Source: a bacterium (lineage in GTDB: Bacteria; Patescibacteriota; Patescibacteriia; UBA1558; S5-K13). Taken from it: a stretch of 39,220 nucleotides of DNA. The translations under genes and the position numbers were made by a program. This document shows positions 10,188 to 18,920 of the stretch, piece by piece (position 1 is the stretch's first letter; every line of letters starts with the position of its first letter). The stretch is taken from assembly GCA_029555085.1 (NCBI GenBank), contig JAKPTO010000001.1, positions 1 through 39,220 on the forward strand. The letters run 5' to 3'. The notes under the pieces are model-generated. The model was not told the origin of the DNA and searched no databases. It worked only from the letters and a program-made list of their open reading frames with translations.

Positions 10188-10385
10188 ATGGAAAAAGAAA
10201 AAATAAAAGAAATTGTTGAAAATGTAACAAATAAACCTAATAAAGTTTTGATTGAATGTAGAGATTCTTTATTAGATGAGTTTGAAAAAACAAAAGAGTT
10301 GATTGTTAATTTGACAAGACATTTGGAAGCTATCGAAGAATATTATAATGTAATAAATAACGAAATTGGTAAAAGATTAAAATAA
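10188..10385 (+). CDS. small coiled-coil hypothetical protein
   Basis: ATG 10188 directly follows the previous stop, and the ORF abuts the next gene. Confidence 0.65.
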   Translation: MEKEKIKEIVENVTNKPNKVLIECRDSLLDEFEKTKELIVNLTRHLEAIEEYYNVINNEIGKRLK

Positions 10386-11876
10386 ATGAAATTTATTGAT
10401 ATTGGTATATGTGTAAATAATAAAGATCCAAAGGGTATTGGTAGAATAAGATATCGCCCCTATGGTGTTTTTACAAGTGAAATTGAAAATGGTGTAAAAT
10501 ATGATGAATGGGACGAAAAAGATCCTTTTTTGGCAATTCCATTTCTACCTCTTCATATAAATATTATACCACAAATACAACAATCTGTTAAATTATTAAA
10601 ATATGACACTGAAAAAGACACACAAAACGTGGAATATGTTGCAGGACCATACACATCACCACATGACTTACAAAATCAAACATTTTTAGTTCAACACCAA
10701 GATACAACATATGGCGGTACGATAGTAAAGGGTACAAAAGAAATTAGAAACAAAAGTGGAAAATTTAACAGTCCAGTTACAAAGGGCTCTATGGTTGATG
10801 ACAAAGATACTGGTGTTCGTGGAAATTATGGTTCTGATGTTTTTTTTACAGAAAACGGTATACAATTACGAGGTGGTTCACTAATAAGTAAAAATAGTGG
10901 TAAAAAAGATGTGTTAGACTATCCTCAAGTTGCAAAAAAAATGGCAAGATTTAATTTAAAAAAATTCCCAAAAACATATAAAACAACCAGGCAAACAGTT
11001 GATACATCTAAAATTGCTGTTAGTAAATTGAGATATATTATAGAATACGAAATTGATGATTTTGATATTCCAACACTTGCTAGTTTTTACATTTATAAAG
11101 TTATTGGTGGTGACACAGATCAATTCAATACTGATGTGTTTGATGAAAGCTCAATATTACCAATTGACGACACTAAAGCATTATCTCTAATCAATATTAA
11201 TGATAATTTTACTGGTGTTACATTTCAAAAAACTCTTAAAGAAAATACAATTCAATCTGCATATATTGAAATTCGAAATATTCTTCAATTATTGGACGGG
11301 AAAGGGTTAAGTGTGTTTGGAAACAAATATTTAAACGATGAAATTCATCCATTTTATTTCCGGCCGACAAATAATTTAAGATTGGTAAAACACATAAATA
11401 AAACTACATTTATTAATAAAATTCAAGTTCGTAACATATCTGGCGGCTCGGGACTAATATATTCTAGACAAAATGCGACACCACCATTAATTTCAAACAA
11501 AAAAATAGATAATGTTGCCAAAGAAGTAAAAAATGCTGGAGAACAATCATTTTCATCATTAAGTGCTGATAAAATTTTTCTAACAAGTACGAGCCCAAAT
11601 GTCGGACCAAATGTTAAAGCTATCAATTTTAACGAATTGGATGAATATGAATTAACTCAAGAAGATTATGTAAATAAAATAGAACCGAATACATATGCAC
11701 TAGTTCGTGGTGAAAATTTATATAATGTACTAATGGCAATGGTTAAATTGATGGAAAGTCATATTCATAACATAAACGAGCCATTGGTTCAATCCGATCC
11801 AAGATGGATTGAATTGTCTAAGTTAATTAGTACACTACGTGATGATTTATTAAATGAATCACTCCGAATAAACTAA
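10386..11876 (+). CDS. baseplate hub/spike protein (gp5/VgrG-like OB-fold N-terminus)
   Basis: N-terminal NNKDPKGIGRIR and C-terminal LVRGENL...SHIH (HxH spike-type motif). Confidence 0.55.
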   Translation: MKFIDIGICVNNKDPKGIGRIRYRPYGVFTSEIENGVKYDEWDEKDPFLAIPFLPLHINIIPQIQQSVKLLKYDTEKDTQNVEYVAGPYTSPHDLQNQTFLVQHQDTTYGGTIVKGTKEIRNKSGKFNSPVTKGSMVDDKDTGVRGNYGSDVFFTENGIQLRGGSLISKNSGKKDVLDYPQVAKKMARFNLKKFPKTYKTTRQTVDTSKIAVSKLRYIIEYEIDDFDIPTLASFYIYKVIGGDTDQFNTDVFDESSILPIDDTKALSLININDNFTGVTFQKTLKENTIQSAYIEIRNILQLLDGKGLSVFGNKYLNDEIHPFYFRPTNNLRLVKHINKTTFINKIQVRNISGGSGLIYSRQNATPPLISNKKIDNVAKEVKNAGEQSFSSLSADKIFLTSTSPNVGPNVKAINFNELDEYELTQEDYVNKIEPNTYALVRGENLYNVLMAMVKLMESHIHNINEPLVQSDPRWIELSKLISTLRDDLLNESLRIN

Positions 11877-11881
11877 TCACA

Positions 11882-11889
11882 TATTTATA
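11882..11889 (+). promoter_or_regulatory. TATTTATA upstream motif
   Basis: 10 nt upstream of ATG 11900. Confidence 0.5.
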
Positions 11890-11899
11890 GTAAAAACTC

Positions 11900-13279
11900 A
11901 TGTCATACTATAGATCATATTTCAAAAAGAACAATACGATACTCAAAAATTCGTATATTAATACCGCCAAAAACCCAAATACCGAGATATTTTATGGTAA
12001 TGGTTTTTCGAAATTTATTTTTCAAGTCGATTTTTCTCAATTACAAGAAAAAATTAATAACGGTGATTTTATATTAAATGAGAATACCACACACCGACTT
12101 CACCTGACTAATACAATTTTTGGTGACGAAACATTACTGGGTGAAGAAAGAGGTACTGGTAGAGAAAGAGCGGTTTCGTTTGACTTAATACTGTTTGAAA
12201 TTCCGGAGTTTTGGGATGAAGGTGTTGGTTTTGATTATGATAAAGTAGTGGATTTTACAACTGGTAATTTAACGTATGATTTACGTCCGTCTAACTGGTT
12301 TAATCGTAGCTCAATTTCCGGATGGACTGAAGAAGGTATATATAGCACAACACCAACAATACTACAAAGAATTCATTTTGATAATGGTAATGAAAATATT
12401 GATGTTGATATTACAGATTATGTGAATAATATATTATCTGGCCTAACTGAAAATTACGGTCTGGGTTTGGCTTTTGACCTTCCATATGAACTTATAACAA
12501 CATTAGCACCAGAACAATCAGTTTCTTTTTTTACAAAATACACACAAACATTCTGGGAGCCATTTGTAGAAACAATTTTTGATGATGTTATTGATGACAA
12601 CAGAGAAAGTTTTTATGTTGGTATTTCAAATAGGAATTTATATCTGTATGTTAATTATATGGGTAATCCTTATAATCTTGATGAATTACCAATCGTTGAC
12701 ATTCTAGATCCTACGGGGTCAGTAATACCAACACTATCTGGTCTGACACCAGAACATGTCAGGAAAGGTGTTTATAAAATATCTTTTGGTGTTGATGGTA
12801 TTCTTTGTGAGGGAAAACGTTTTTTCTATGATAGATGGTGTAATATTATCATAAATGGTCGAGATTTAGATTGTGTAACACAAAAATTTATACCAAAACA
12901 ATTCAATGATTTTTTCCAAATCGGACCAAATCAAACCAGTGTTGATAAGTTTGCTGTACAATTTTATGGTGTATCATTGAACGAAAAAATTAAAAGAGGT
13001 TCTACAAGAAAAATTGTTGTAACATTCAGATCAATAGACAATCCACCCAAATCCGTATTAATGGATGATGTTTATTATAGAGTCTACGTCAAAGAAGGAC
13101 GAACACAGGTCAATGTGTGGGAATGGACTAAATTGGATAAAACAAATGAAAATTCATTTATGTTAGATACGTCTTATATGATTCCTCGTGAATATTGGGT
13201 TGAATTGCGAACTATGATTAATGGTGAAGATGTATTTTACAAAGATGAGATAAAATTTGAAATTGTTTCAGAAAAGTAA
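11900..13279 (+). CDS. hypothetical beta-rich protein, probably virion structural
   Basis: 459-aa ORF (WDEGVGFDY, SNWF) with TATTTATA upstream, next to the baseplate-like gene. Confidence 0.55.
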   Translation: MSYYRSYFKKNNTILKNSYINTAKNPNTEIFYGNGFSKFIFQVDFSQLQEKINNGDFILNENTTHRLHLTNTIFGDETLLGEERGTGRERAVSFDLILFEIPEFWDEGVGFDYDKVVDFTTGNLTYDLRPSNWFNRSSISGWTEEGIYSTTPTILQRIHFDNGNENIDVDITDYVNNILSGLTENYGLGLAFDLPYELITTLAPEQSVSFFTKYTQTFWEPFVETIFDDVIDDNRESFYVGISNRNLYLYVNYMGNPYNLDELPIVDILDPTGSVIPTLSGLTPEHVRKGVYKISFGVDGILCEGKRFFYDRWCNIIINGRDLDCVTQKFIPKQFNDFFQIGPNQTSVDKFAVQFYGVSLNEKIKRGSTRKIVVTFRSIDNPPKSVLMDDVYYRVYVKEGRTQVNVWEWTKLDKTNENSFMLDTSYMIPREYWVELRTMINGEDVFYKDEIKFEIVSEK

Positions 13280-13317
13280 ACATTTACATAATTAGAAAAA
13301 TTCACTATCTTATGTAA

Positions 13318-13623
13318 GTGAAATCGGTTTACTTAATACGAGGCAATGATGGTAAATATAAAATTGGTATTGCCAAAAATCCTAAAAAAAGAATAAAACA
13401 ACTTCAAACCGGAAATTCTGATGAATTAACATTAATTGAAACATATCCATCAGAAAATGCATCAAAAATTGAATCGGCATTACATCGTCAATTTTCACAT
13501 GTGAAATTAAATGGTGAGTGGTTTGATTTGTCAATAAAAGAAGAATCCCAGTTTATAAAAAATTGTGAAAATATTGACAAAACAATTATAACATTGCGTA
13601 AAATGGGGAATACCTTCATTTAA
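13318..13623 (+). CDS. GIY-YIG superfamily protein (T5orf172/MUG113-like)
   Basis: VYLI....YKIG..KNP.KR..QLQTGN...E..LH..F....GEWF; GTG start. Confidence 0.85.
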   Translation: MKSVYLIRGNDGKYKIGIAKNPKKRIKQLQTGNSDELTLIETYPSENASKIESALHRQFSHVKLNGEWFDLSIKEESQFIKNCENIDKTIITLRKMGNTFI

Positions 13624-13753
13624 AAATTGAAAATCTACCTTGTTTTAATGACTGTGGAGAACGAATTACATTTTAGTCATCAACCTCTATAACAAATGAA
13701 CGATCATCGTGGAAAACGAACCAGAACAAGTCCTGAATGAAAAAAACATAATC

Positions 13754-14290
13754 TTAGAAGATCAAAAAATGTAAAATAAAAAAAGTATTAATTTTTTTGA
13801 TCAATTCAATAGTTCGTTTAAATTGTGTATTTTCTTTTATTGTTTTCTTTTGTTCTGTTAAATCGATAATATCGTCCGGTGATGGTTCATTCACAATAGG
13901 GACAGTATAACCATATCTTTTCTGAATATATTTATCTATTTCTTCTTTATAATATCCTAGTAATTCACCAATTTCACGAGCCTCTTCCGATGTTTTATCA
14001 GCTAAATATCCATTATTTTTTCGTGCGATTTCATATAACCTCAATGCTTTTTCTTTGTTACGATATACAATAGATTTCATTTCATTTATACCTATCATTC
14101 GTATAGGTATAATACCAAATTTATACTTTTCCAAAATTTTCCTGAATCTTTTGGATATTGTCATATACGCAACATCACGTTTTCCCTTAATAAGTGTTAA
14201 TAATGACCCTTCATCTGTACTAGCTTCACTGGGGTGAATTTCTTCGTTTAATAATGTATTGTATCTTTCAAGAAGGGATAAACGACTCAT
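13754..14290 (-). CDS. hypothetical protein carrying a scaffold-like C-terminal helix (candidate internal head protein)
   Basis: ENTQFKRTIELIKKIN matches the scaffold end ENPQFKRMKELMKKIN. Also LLNEE near the N-terminus and TATTTATA upstream (14306-14313). Confidence 0.65.
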   Translation of the reverse strand: MSRLSLLERYNTLLNEEIHPSEASTDEGSLLTLIKGKRDVAYMTISKRFRKILEKYKFGIIPIRMIGINEMKSIVYRNKEKALRLYEIARKNNGYLADKTSEEAREIGELLGYYKEEIDKYIQKRYGYTVPIVNEPSPDDIIDLTEQKKTIKENTQFKRTIELIKKINTFFILHFLIF

Positions 14291-14317
14291 TTAAATTATT
14301 TTATTTATAAATAGTTT

Positions 14318-14776
14318 TCAATCATAAAAAATAACATCAACTTTACATTCTTTTAACATTTGTAACGCTTTTTCCTGAGATTCATTCCATTTTTCTTTAT
14401 TTTTTGTAGTACAAATTGATTTACAATAAACGGCTTTTATTCCAGAATTGATAATTGCCCGAGCACAATCCGCACATGGTATTCCTGATGTTACAATAAT
14501 TACAGATTCATCAAGTGGTATTCCAACTCGTGCTGCGTTATAAATTGCATTGCGCTCAGAATGTTCAAAAAAATAATACTTTTCAGGTCGTTCCTGACGT
14601 TCTGGTACTTCGTCATCTAATCCTCTAGGAAATGAATTATATCCAGTAGAACGAATTTCTTTATCTTTTCCAACAATAACAGCACCAATTTGCGTTGACC
14701 GGTCTTTTGATTTAAGTTTAACCTGTTCGGCAATATTAATAAAATACCGAAGCCATTCTTCATTTAACTTTACCAT
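14318..14776 (-). CDS. dCMP deaminase
   Basis: KD.STQIGAVIV, STGYN, HSERNAI and PCADC zinc motifs. Confidence 0.92.
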   Translation of the reverse strand: MVKLNEEWLRYFINIAEQVKLKSKDRSTQIGAVIVGKDKEIRSTGYNSFPRGLDDEVPERQERPEKYYFFEHSERNAIYNAARVGIPLDESVIIVTSGIPCADCARAIINSGIKAVYCKSICTTKNKEKWNESQEKALQMLKECKVDVIFYD

Positions 14777-15243
14777 ATTGTAAGCTTATTAATTATTTCT
14801 TGTTTTTTTCCCGTTTGTTTTATTCCTTCCATCCACAATGGTGTATGAACAAAATGATTATTATTAATCCAATATTTGAGGTCAAGATCATCTATAGCAA
14901 CCCAGAATGTGGGTTTGTGCACATCAACATGTTCCAATATTTCCATTGCACGTTGTTCTTCAAGTAAATTTATTGTTTTATTTGGTAAAGATTTTGTAAT
15001 GTCAATTGGATGTTTAATAACTTTTTGCCATTCAAATATACCCTTAAAATCTTCTAGAGTATAATGGTCTTTCCAATCACTTGATATTATAATTTCAGCT
15101 TCTGTTTTTTCAAGAATTTCATTAAATACCTTAACAGCTTTTGCATTGAAACGATGAACGTAACCCCATTGTGTTAATTTTGGGTGGATTTCACTTCCCA
15201 GACATAGAACACCATCAAGATCGAGATATATGTATTTTTTCAT
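14770..15243 (-). CDS. HAD-superfamily protein (Swiss-Army-knife RNA-repair-like HAD)
   Basis: YLDLDGVL, IIISSDW and WVAIDD. Confidence 0.8.
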   Translation of the reverse strand: MKKYIYLDLDGVLCLGSEIHPKLTQWGYVHRFNAKAVKVFNEILEKTEAEIIISSDWKDHYTLEDFKGIFEWQKVIKHPIDITKSLPNKTINLLEEQRAMEILEHVDVHKPTFWVAIDDLDLKYWINNNHFVHTPLWMEGIKQTGKKQEIINKLTIW

Positions 15244-15262
15244 GGTACAAATATAAATAATG

Positions 15263-16978
15263 TTAAGGAATTAATTCGTATTTAATCAAGCCACAATCCC
15301 AAATACGTTCAAAACCGAGTTCTGTTGTTAATTCTTTTTCTGATTTTGTAAAATCCAAGTCAGGATATTTTTTTCGAAGACCGGTTTTACCGAACCCAAA
15401 TTTATGGAATCGTTTATAACGATCAATTTTTGAATTATAATAAAAATATCTGGGTTTGATTATATCAGATATTTTAAATCCAATATGTGTATAAAGATTA
15501 TTTGTACTGTCTGGTGTCCATCGTCTATCAGCAAAACTTATAATTTTTGGTGGTTTATATTCATTAATAAAATGTTTAAGCATTTTTGATGCCAAACCAG
15601 GTATAATATAATTCTGATGGACAGCATATCTTGATAATTCATATTCACCTTCGACAGATTTCGTCATGTTTCTTTGTTCATTAAAAGTCATCACGCCAAC
15701 CATTGTATTATTATAAAAAGCACCGTAATGTATTGTTGAACTATCATTACCTTGAATGTGGTTGTCGTTTAAAAAAATTGATTTTTGTTCTGGTGTAATT
15801 TTATTTATTACGACTTTTCTAGCACCTATTTTAATACCGTCATTTACATTCAATATATGTTTTAATTTGTTTTTTATTATATCTTTCTTTAACACCCACT
15901 CATCTTCAAAAATGTGAAATAATTTATATCCTAATTCAAGACATTCTATTGTTTTATTTAAATGATATGTTGGTGTTTTTCCCATTTTTTCTGTATGAAA
16001 ATACAAACCATTATATTCAATTGCAATTTTTAATTCAGGAATAATTATATCAATTTCTTTTCCGTTTAGTAATTTGCGATTTTTACTTTTTTCAGTAATG
16101 AAACCCAATTCTTTAATAAATTCTTTTATTTCGATTTCACCATTCGATTCCCATGTTGGTGTTTGATTTATATTTGTTAATTCAGCAGTCTCGCTAAGTT
16201 TTTTTGATGTTTTATTTGAAACAGATTTTTCATTCGGAAACATTAATTTATATTCGGTTTTACTAATTTGATGAACATTTTTAAGATGAGTATTTGTAAT
16301 CATCCTCATTTTTTTTCCACAGAGTTTACATACAACAAAGTTTTCATTATTTTTTAAAAATTGTTTTTCTTTTTCTTTTTTGATAAATGTTGGATGTAAA
16401 TAAAGATCTTCTGGAAATTGTTCAAGATACTCTTTGATGGTGATTTTATGTTTCTCTTTAACATGTATTTCAAAACATCCTGTTTGATTTGAAATGTCAG
16501 TTGTTGTCCAATCACAAAGTTTACATTTTCTTACTTTTTTCTTTTCAATTTCAATAATATCAAAATATTCTTCAAACCATTTTTTCCCAAACTCTTTTTC
16601 GTATTTTTTTCTTTGATAGTTGTTTTTAGGGATTTTAATATCACCATATAAACCTAGAATATGTTCTGTCAAAGCACCAGATAAATTATTAATATCACTA
16701 AATTCTTTTTGTGTTTGCTTGCATCGGGCAACCATGATTTTATTTCCGGACGATGATTGGTATTTCAAAGTTTTTGTTTTTTCAATTTCTTTACTTTGTA
16801 TATTTTTATTTTGGCCACCTCTTTTGTTTATTTCAACGCCATGACTTTTTAAAATTTGACTAACCTTCTTGTGATCTATTTTATATATTTCACCAAGCTT
16901 GTGTGTACTACTAACACTAGATTTATAGAGATTTATCATCTCCAAAATGTCCTCGTTGGTTAATTTTTTTGTTTTCAT
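15263..16978 (-). CDS. zinc-finger / PD-(D/E)xK endonuclease / GNAT-like fusion (Hef-like homing endonuclease type)
   Basis: CKLC...H...H twice; EIDI.IPELKIAIEYNG.YFH...IFEDEW; C-terminal YELSRY...SFADRRW...LY...GF...IWDCG. Start moved to ATG 16978 because the ORF-track start lies in the capsid terminator. Confidence 0.7.
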   Translation of the reverse strand: MKTKKLTNEDILEMINLYKSSVSSTHKLGEIYKIDHKKVSQILKSHGVEINKRGGQNKNIQSKEIEKTKTLKYQSSSGNKIMVARCKQTQKEFSDINNLSGALTEHILGLYGDIKIPKNNYQRKKYEKEFGKKWFEEYFDIIEIEKKKVRKCKLCDWTTTDISNQTGCFEIHVKEKHKITIKEYLEQFPEDLYLHPTFIKKEKEKQFLKNNENFVVCKLCGKKMRMITNTHLKNVHQISKTEYKLMFPNEKSVSNKTSKKLSETAELTNINQTPTWESNGEIEIKEFIKELGFITEKSKNRKLLNGKEIDIIIPELKIAIEYNGLYFHTEKMGKTPTYHLNKTIECLELGYKLFHIFEDEWVLKKDIIKNKLKHILNVNDGIKIGARKVVINKITPEQKSIFLNDNHIQGNDSSTIHYGAFYNNTMVGVMTFNEQRNMTKSVEGEYELSRYAVHQNYIIPGLASKMLKHFINEYKPPKIISFADRRWTPDSTNNLYTHIGFKISDIIKPRYFYYNSKIDRYKRFHKFGFGKTGLRKKYPDLDFTKSEKELTTELGFERIWDCGLIKYELIP

Positions 16979-16994
16979 GTTTAAATATTTCATA

Positions 16995-17026
16995 CAAATG
17001 TATGTATAAAAAATGAAAAAACCAAA
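16995..17026 (-). promoter_or_regulatory. Bacteroidota-type sigma70 promoter (TTTG-N20-TACATTTG)
   Basis: Minus strand: TTTG at 17026-17023, 20-nt spacer, TACATTTG at 17002-16995. Confidence 0.6.
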
Positions 17027-17097
17027 TATTTCCCCTTTAATTTTACACCAAACAAATAAAAAAAAATAAGAAAATTTTATGACACTTAAAGAGTATA

Positions 17098-17130
17098 TAA
17101 AAAAATAAAGGGGTGATAACACCCCTTTAT
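17098..17130 (-). terminator. intrinsic terminator of the major capsid gene
   Basis: ATAAAGGGGTG-TTAT-CACCCCTTTAT followed by a T-run on the minus strand. Confidence 0.85.
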
Positions 17131-17152
17131 CATATTGATATACAATAGATGA

Positions 17153-18886
17153 TTACCGTAAAGTATGAAGGTTAAATACCTGAATACCTTTCACATCAAT
17201 AACACCAAAGTACCTGTTATTAACCATTTTTTTCGCGTACCTTGTCATGATACCTTTTATTGGTGTGAAGTTAAACGGATTGTACATCGTTGGAGTAAGC
17301 TGTAGAGGCACATACGGTGCATATACATAACCAGCATCCAGTAATGATTTACCCTTATGTCCGATGAGGATTTTGTTAGGTGGGAAATACGGGTCACGAT
17401 AAACCTGATAACGACCACCAAGTGTACCGATTCTTTCGATACCCATGTTATACTGATCCTGCTCAGGCTGAGCGTTGGATACGTGGAAGTACTCAAGGTC
17501 ATCGAATACTGCAGAAACTTCTGAAGATACGACGATCCAGTTAGCACCACCCCTAAGAGTTGTTTTATGTATCTGTGCAGATAACTGGTTGATCTTGGTT
17601 ATCAAGGTCTGGTTCCAGTCTTTCTGTGTATATCCAGCGAAGGATGATCCGGCATTACCATATCTCCATTCGTTATAGTCCCAACGAGCTTTCCATGCAG
17701 CACCCTTTCTTAAGTCACGAAGGATTTCACGGTCTACCTCAGCAGCGATTTGTTCTGAAAGAAGAGCTGTTAACTCAGCTTCAGCATCGATGTTGTGGAA
17801 TGCGCTAACGTCCTGTGCTAGTTCAGGTGACCAAGCAGCCCTTAATTTTCTTTCTGTTACAGAAACTGTTACTGATTGAAGATCGAATGATACTTCACCA
17901 ATTTCAGATTCGAACTCAAGGGTATCGTAAGTTCTATAAGTTAGTAAGAATTCAGTTGCGGCCGGTGTTCCGCTAAACTGTGAGAAGCCAGATAATGGGT
18001 TGTAACTTTCAACATCAACACTTATGTAGATACTACCAGTTTCATCACAAATATCCTGATATCTACCAAGTGGGAAGGATGTTGAAGAAGCTTTATTACC
18101 ATATTCGATAATACCTTTTCCGTACTTCTGAGTTACGATATGGAAATTTCTAGATGCACCACCAAAGAAAACTTCTGCAGATGCCAAGAAATCTTCAGTA
18201 TCCATAATGTTACCATATGCACCAATCAATTTACCCTGTCCGTCCATTGAGAAGCCAGTAAACTTAACAATGATTTGTGAGTGTAAATCATTAGTTGCAC
18301 CTGTAGCTGTTGCTGATTCGTTTGCTTTACCGTTTTCAAAAGTAACAATAGTACTACCAGTTAAACCTGATACAACATACTGTCCTTTTGAATAATCGAA
18401 AAGACCAGTTTCTGGCGAGTTACCAGTACCATCATCGTTTTCATAAAAACGATCATAGAGGTTAACTGCATTATCATCATACCCAGCACCTAATGCATCA
18501 GTATTACTCGGCATTTTGTATGGATCATAATGACTACCATCAGCCTTTCTATCCTGAATCTTCGGAACGAAGAAGAACAGTTTACCGATAGGTAAGTTCA
18601 TAGCCTGAACACTAACGATGTCGTTAGCTAACAGCTTAGAGAAAACACGGCGGATAATCGGGAATACAACAGTTTCAAACGAACCTGATGAGTCAGATAC
18701 AGCCGCCTCATTAATCAGATAACTAGCCTGGTTTTCATATAACTGAGCGATGTTATCTTTCATGTGACCATTGAGTCCTTCTAGGAAACCAAGGTCATCC
18801 CATTTTTTTATGGTATCTTCTTTAATAACACGGAGGTGTTTTAGTCCAATGTTACCAACAATACCTGATTCTAATAATGCTCCCAT
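17153..18886 (-). CDS. major capsid protein, T4 gp23-like
   Basis: IVSVQAMNLP.G, RKLRAAWSPELAQD..AFH.IDAEAEL, EVDREI, DAG.VYAPYVPL and F.P..GIMTRY. Confidence 0.97.
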   Translation of the reverse strand: MGALLESGIVGNIGLKHLRVIKEDTIKKWDDLGFLEGLNGHMKDNIAQLYENQASYLINEAAVSDSSGSFETVVFPIIRRVFSKLLANDIVSVQAMNLPIGKLFFFVPKIQDRKADGSHYDPYKMPSNTDALGAGYDDNAVNLYDRFYENDDGTGNSPETGLFDYSKGQYVVSGLTGSTIVTFENGKANESATATGATNDLHSQIIVKFTGFSMDGQGKLIGAYGNIMDTEDFLASAEVFFGGASRNFHIVTQKYGKGIIEYGNKASSTSFPLGRYQDICDETGSIYISVDVESYNPLSGFSQFSGTPAATEFLLTYRTYDTLEFESEIGEVSFDLQSVTVSVTERKLRAAWSPELAQDVSAFHNIDAEAELTALLSEQIAAEVDREILRDLRKGAAWKARWDYNEWRYGNAGSSFAGYTQKDWNQTLITKINQLSAQIHKTTLRGGANWIVVSSEVSAVFDDLEYFHVSNAQPEQDQYNMGIERIGTLGGRYQVYRDPYFPPNKILIGHKGKSLLDAGYVYAPYVPLQLTPTMYNPFNFTPIKGIMTRYAKKMVNNRYFGVIDVKGIQVFNLHTLR

Positions 18887-18920
18887 TTAATTTATAGGTT
18901 TTAAATTTTTTTATTGTTTA

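Noticed and set aside
13624-13753. Hammerhead ribozyme or mini-CRISPR in the convergent spacer
   Set aside because: There is no exact CUGAUGA...GAAA core with supporting stems, and only two 12-nt imperfect repeats. Kept only as an unspecified candidate.
16979-17122. ORF-track N-terminal extension of the nuclease fusion
   Set aside because: It starts inside the capsid terminator, spans a promoter and reads as low-complexity Phe/Ile-rich sequence.
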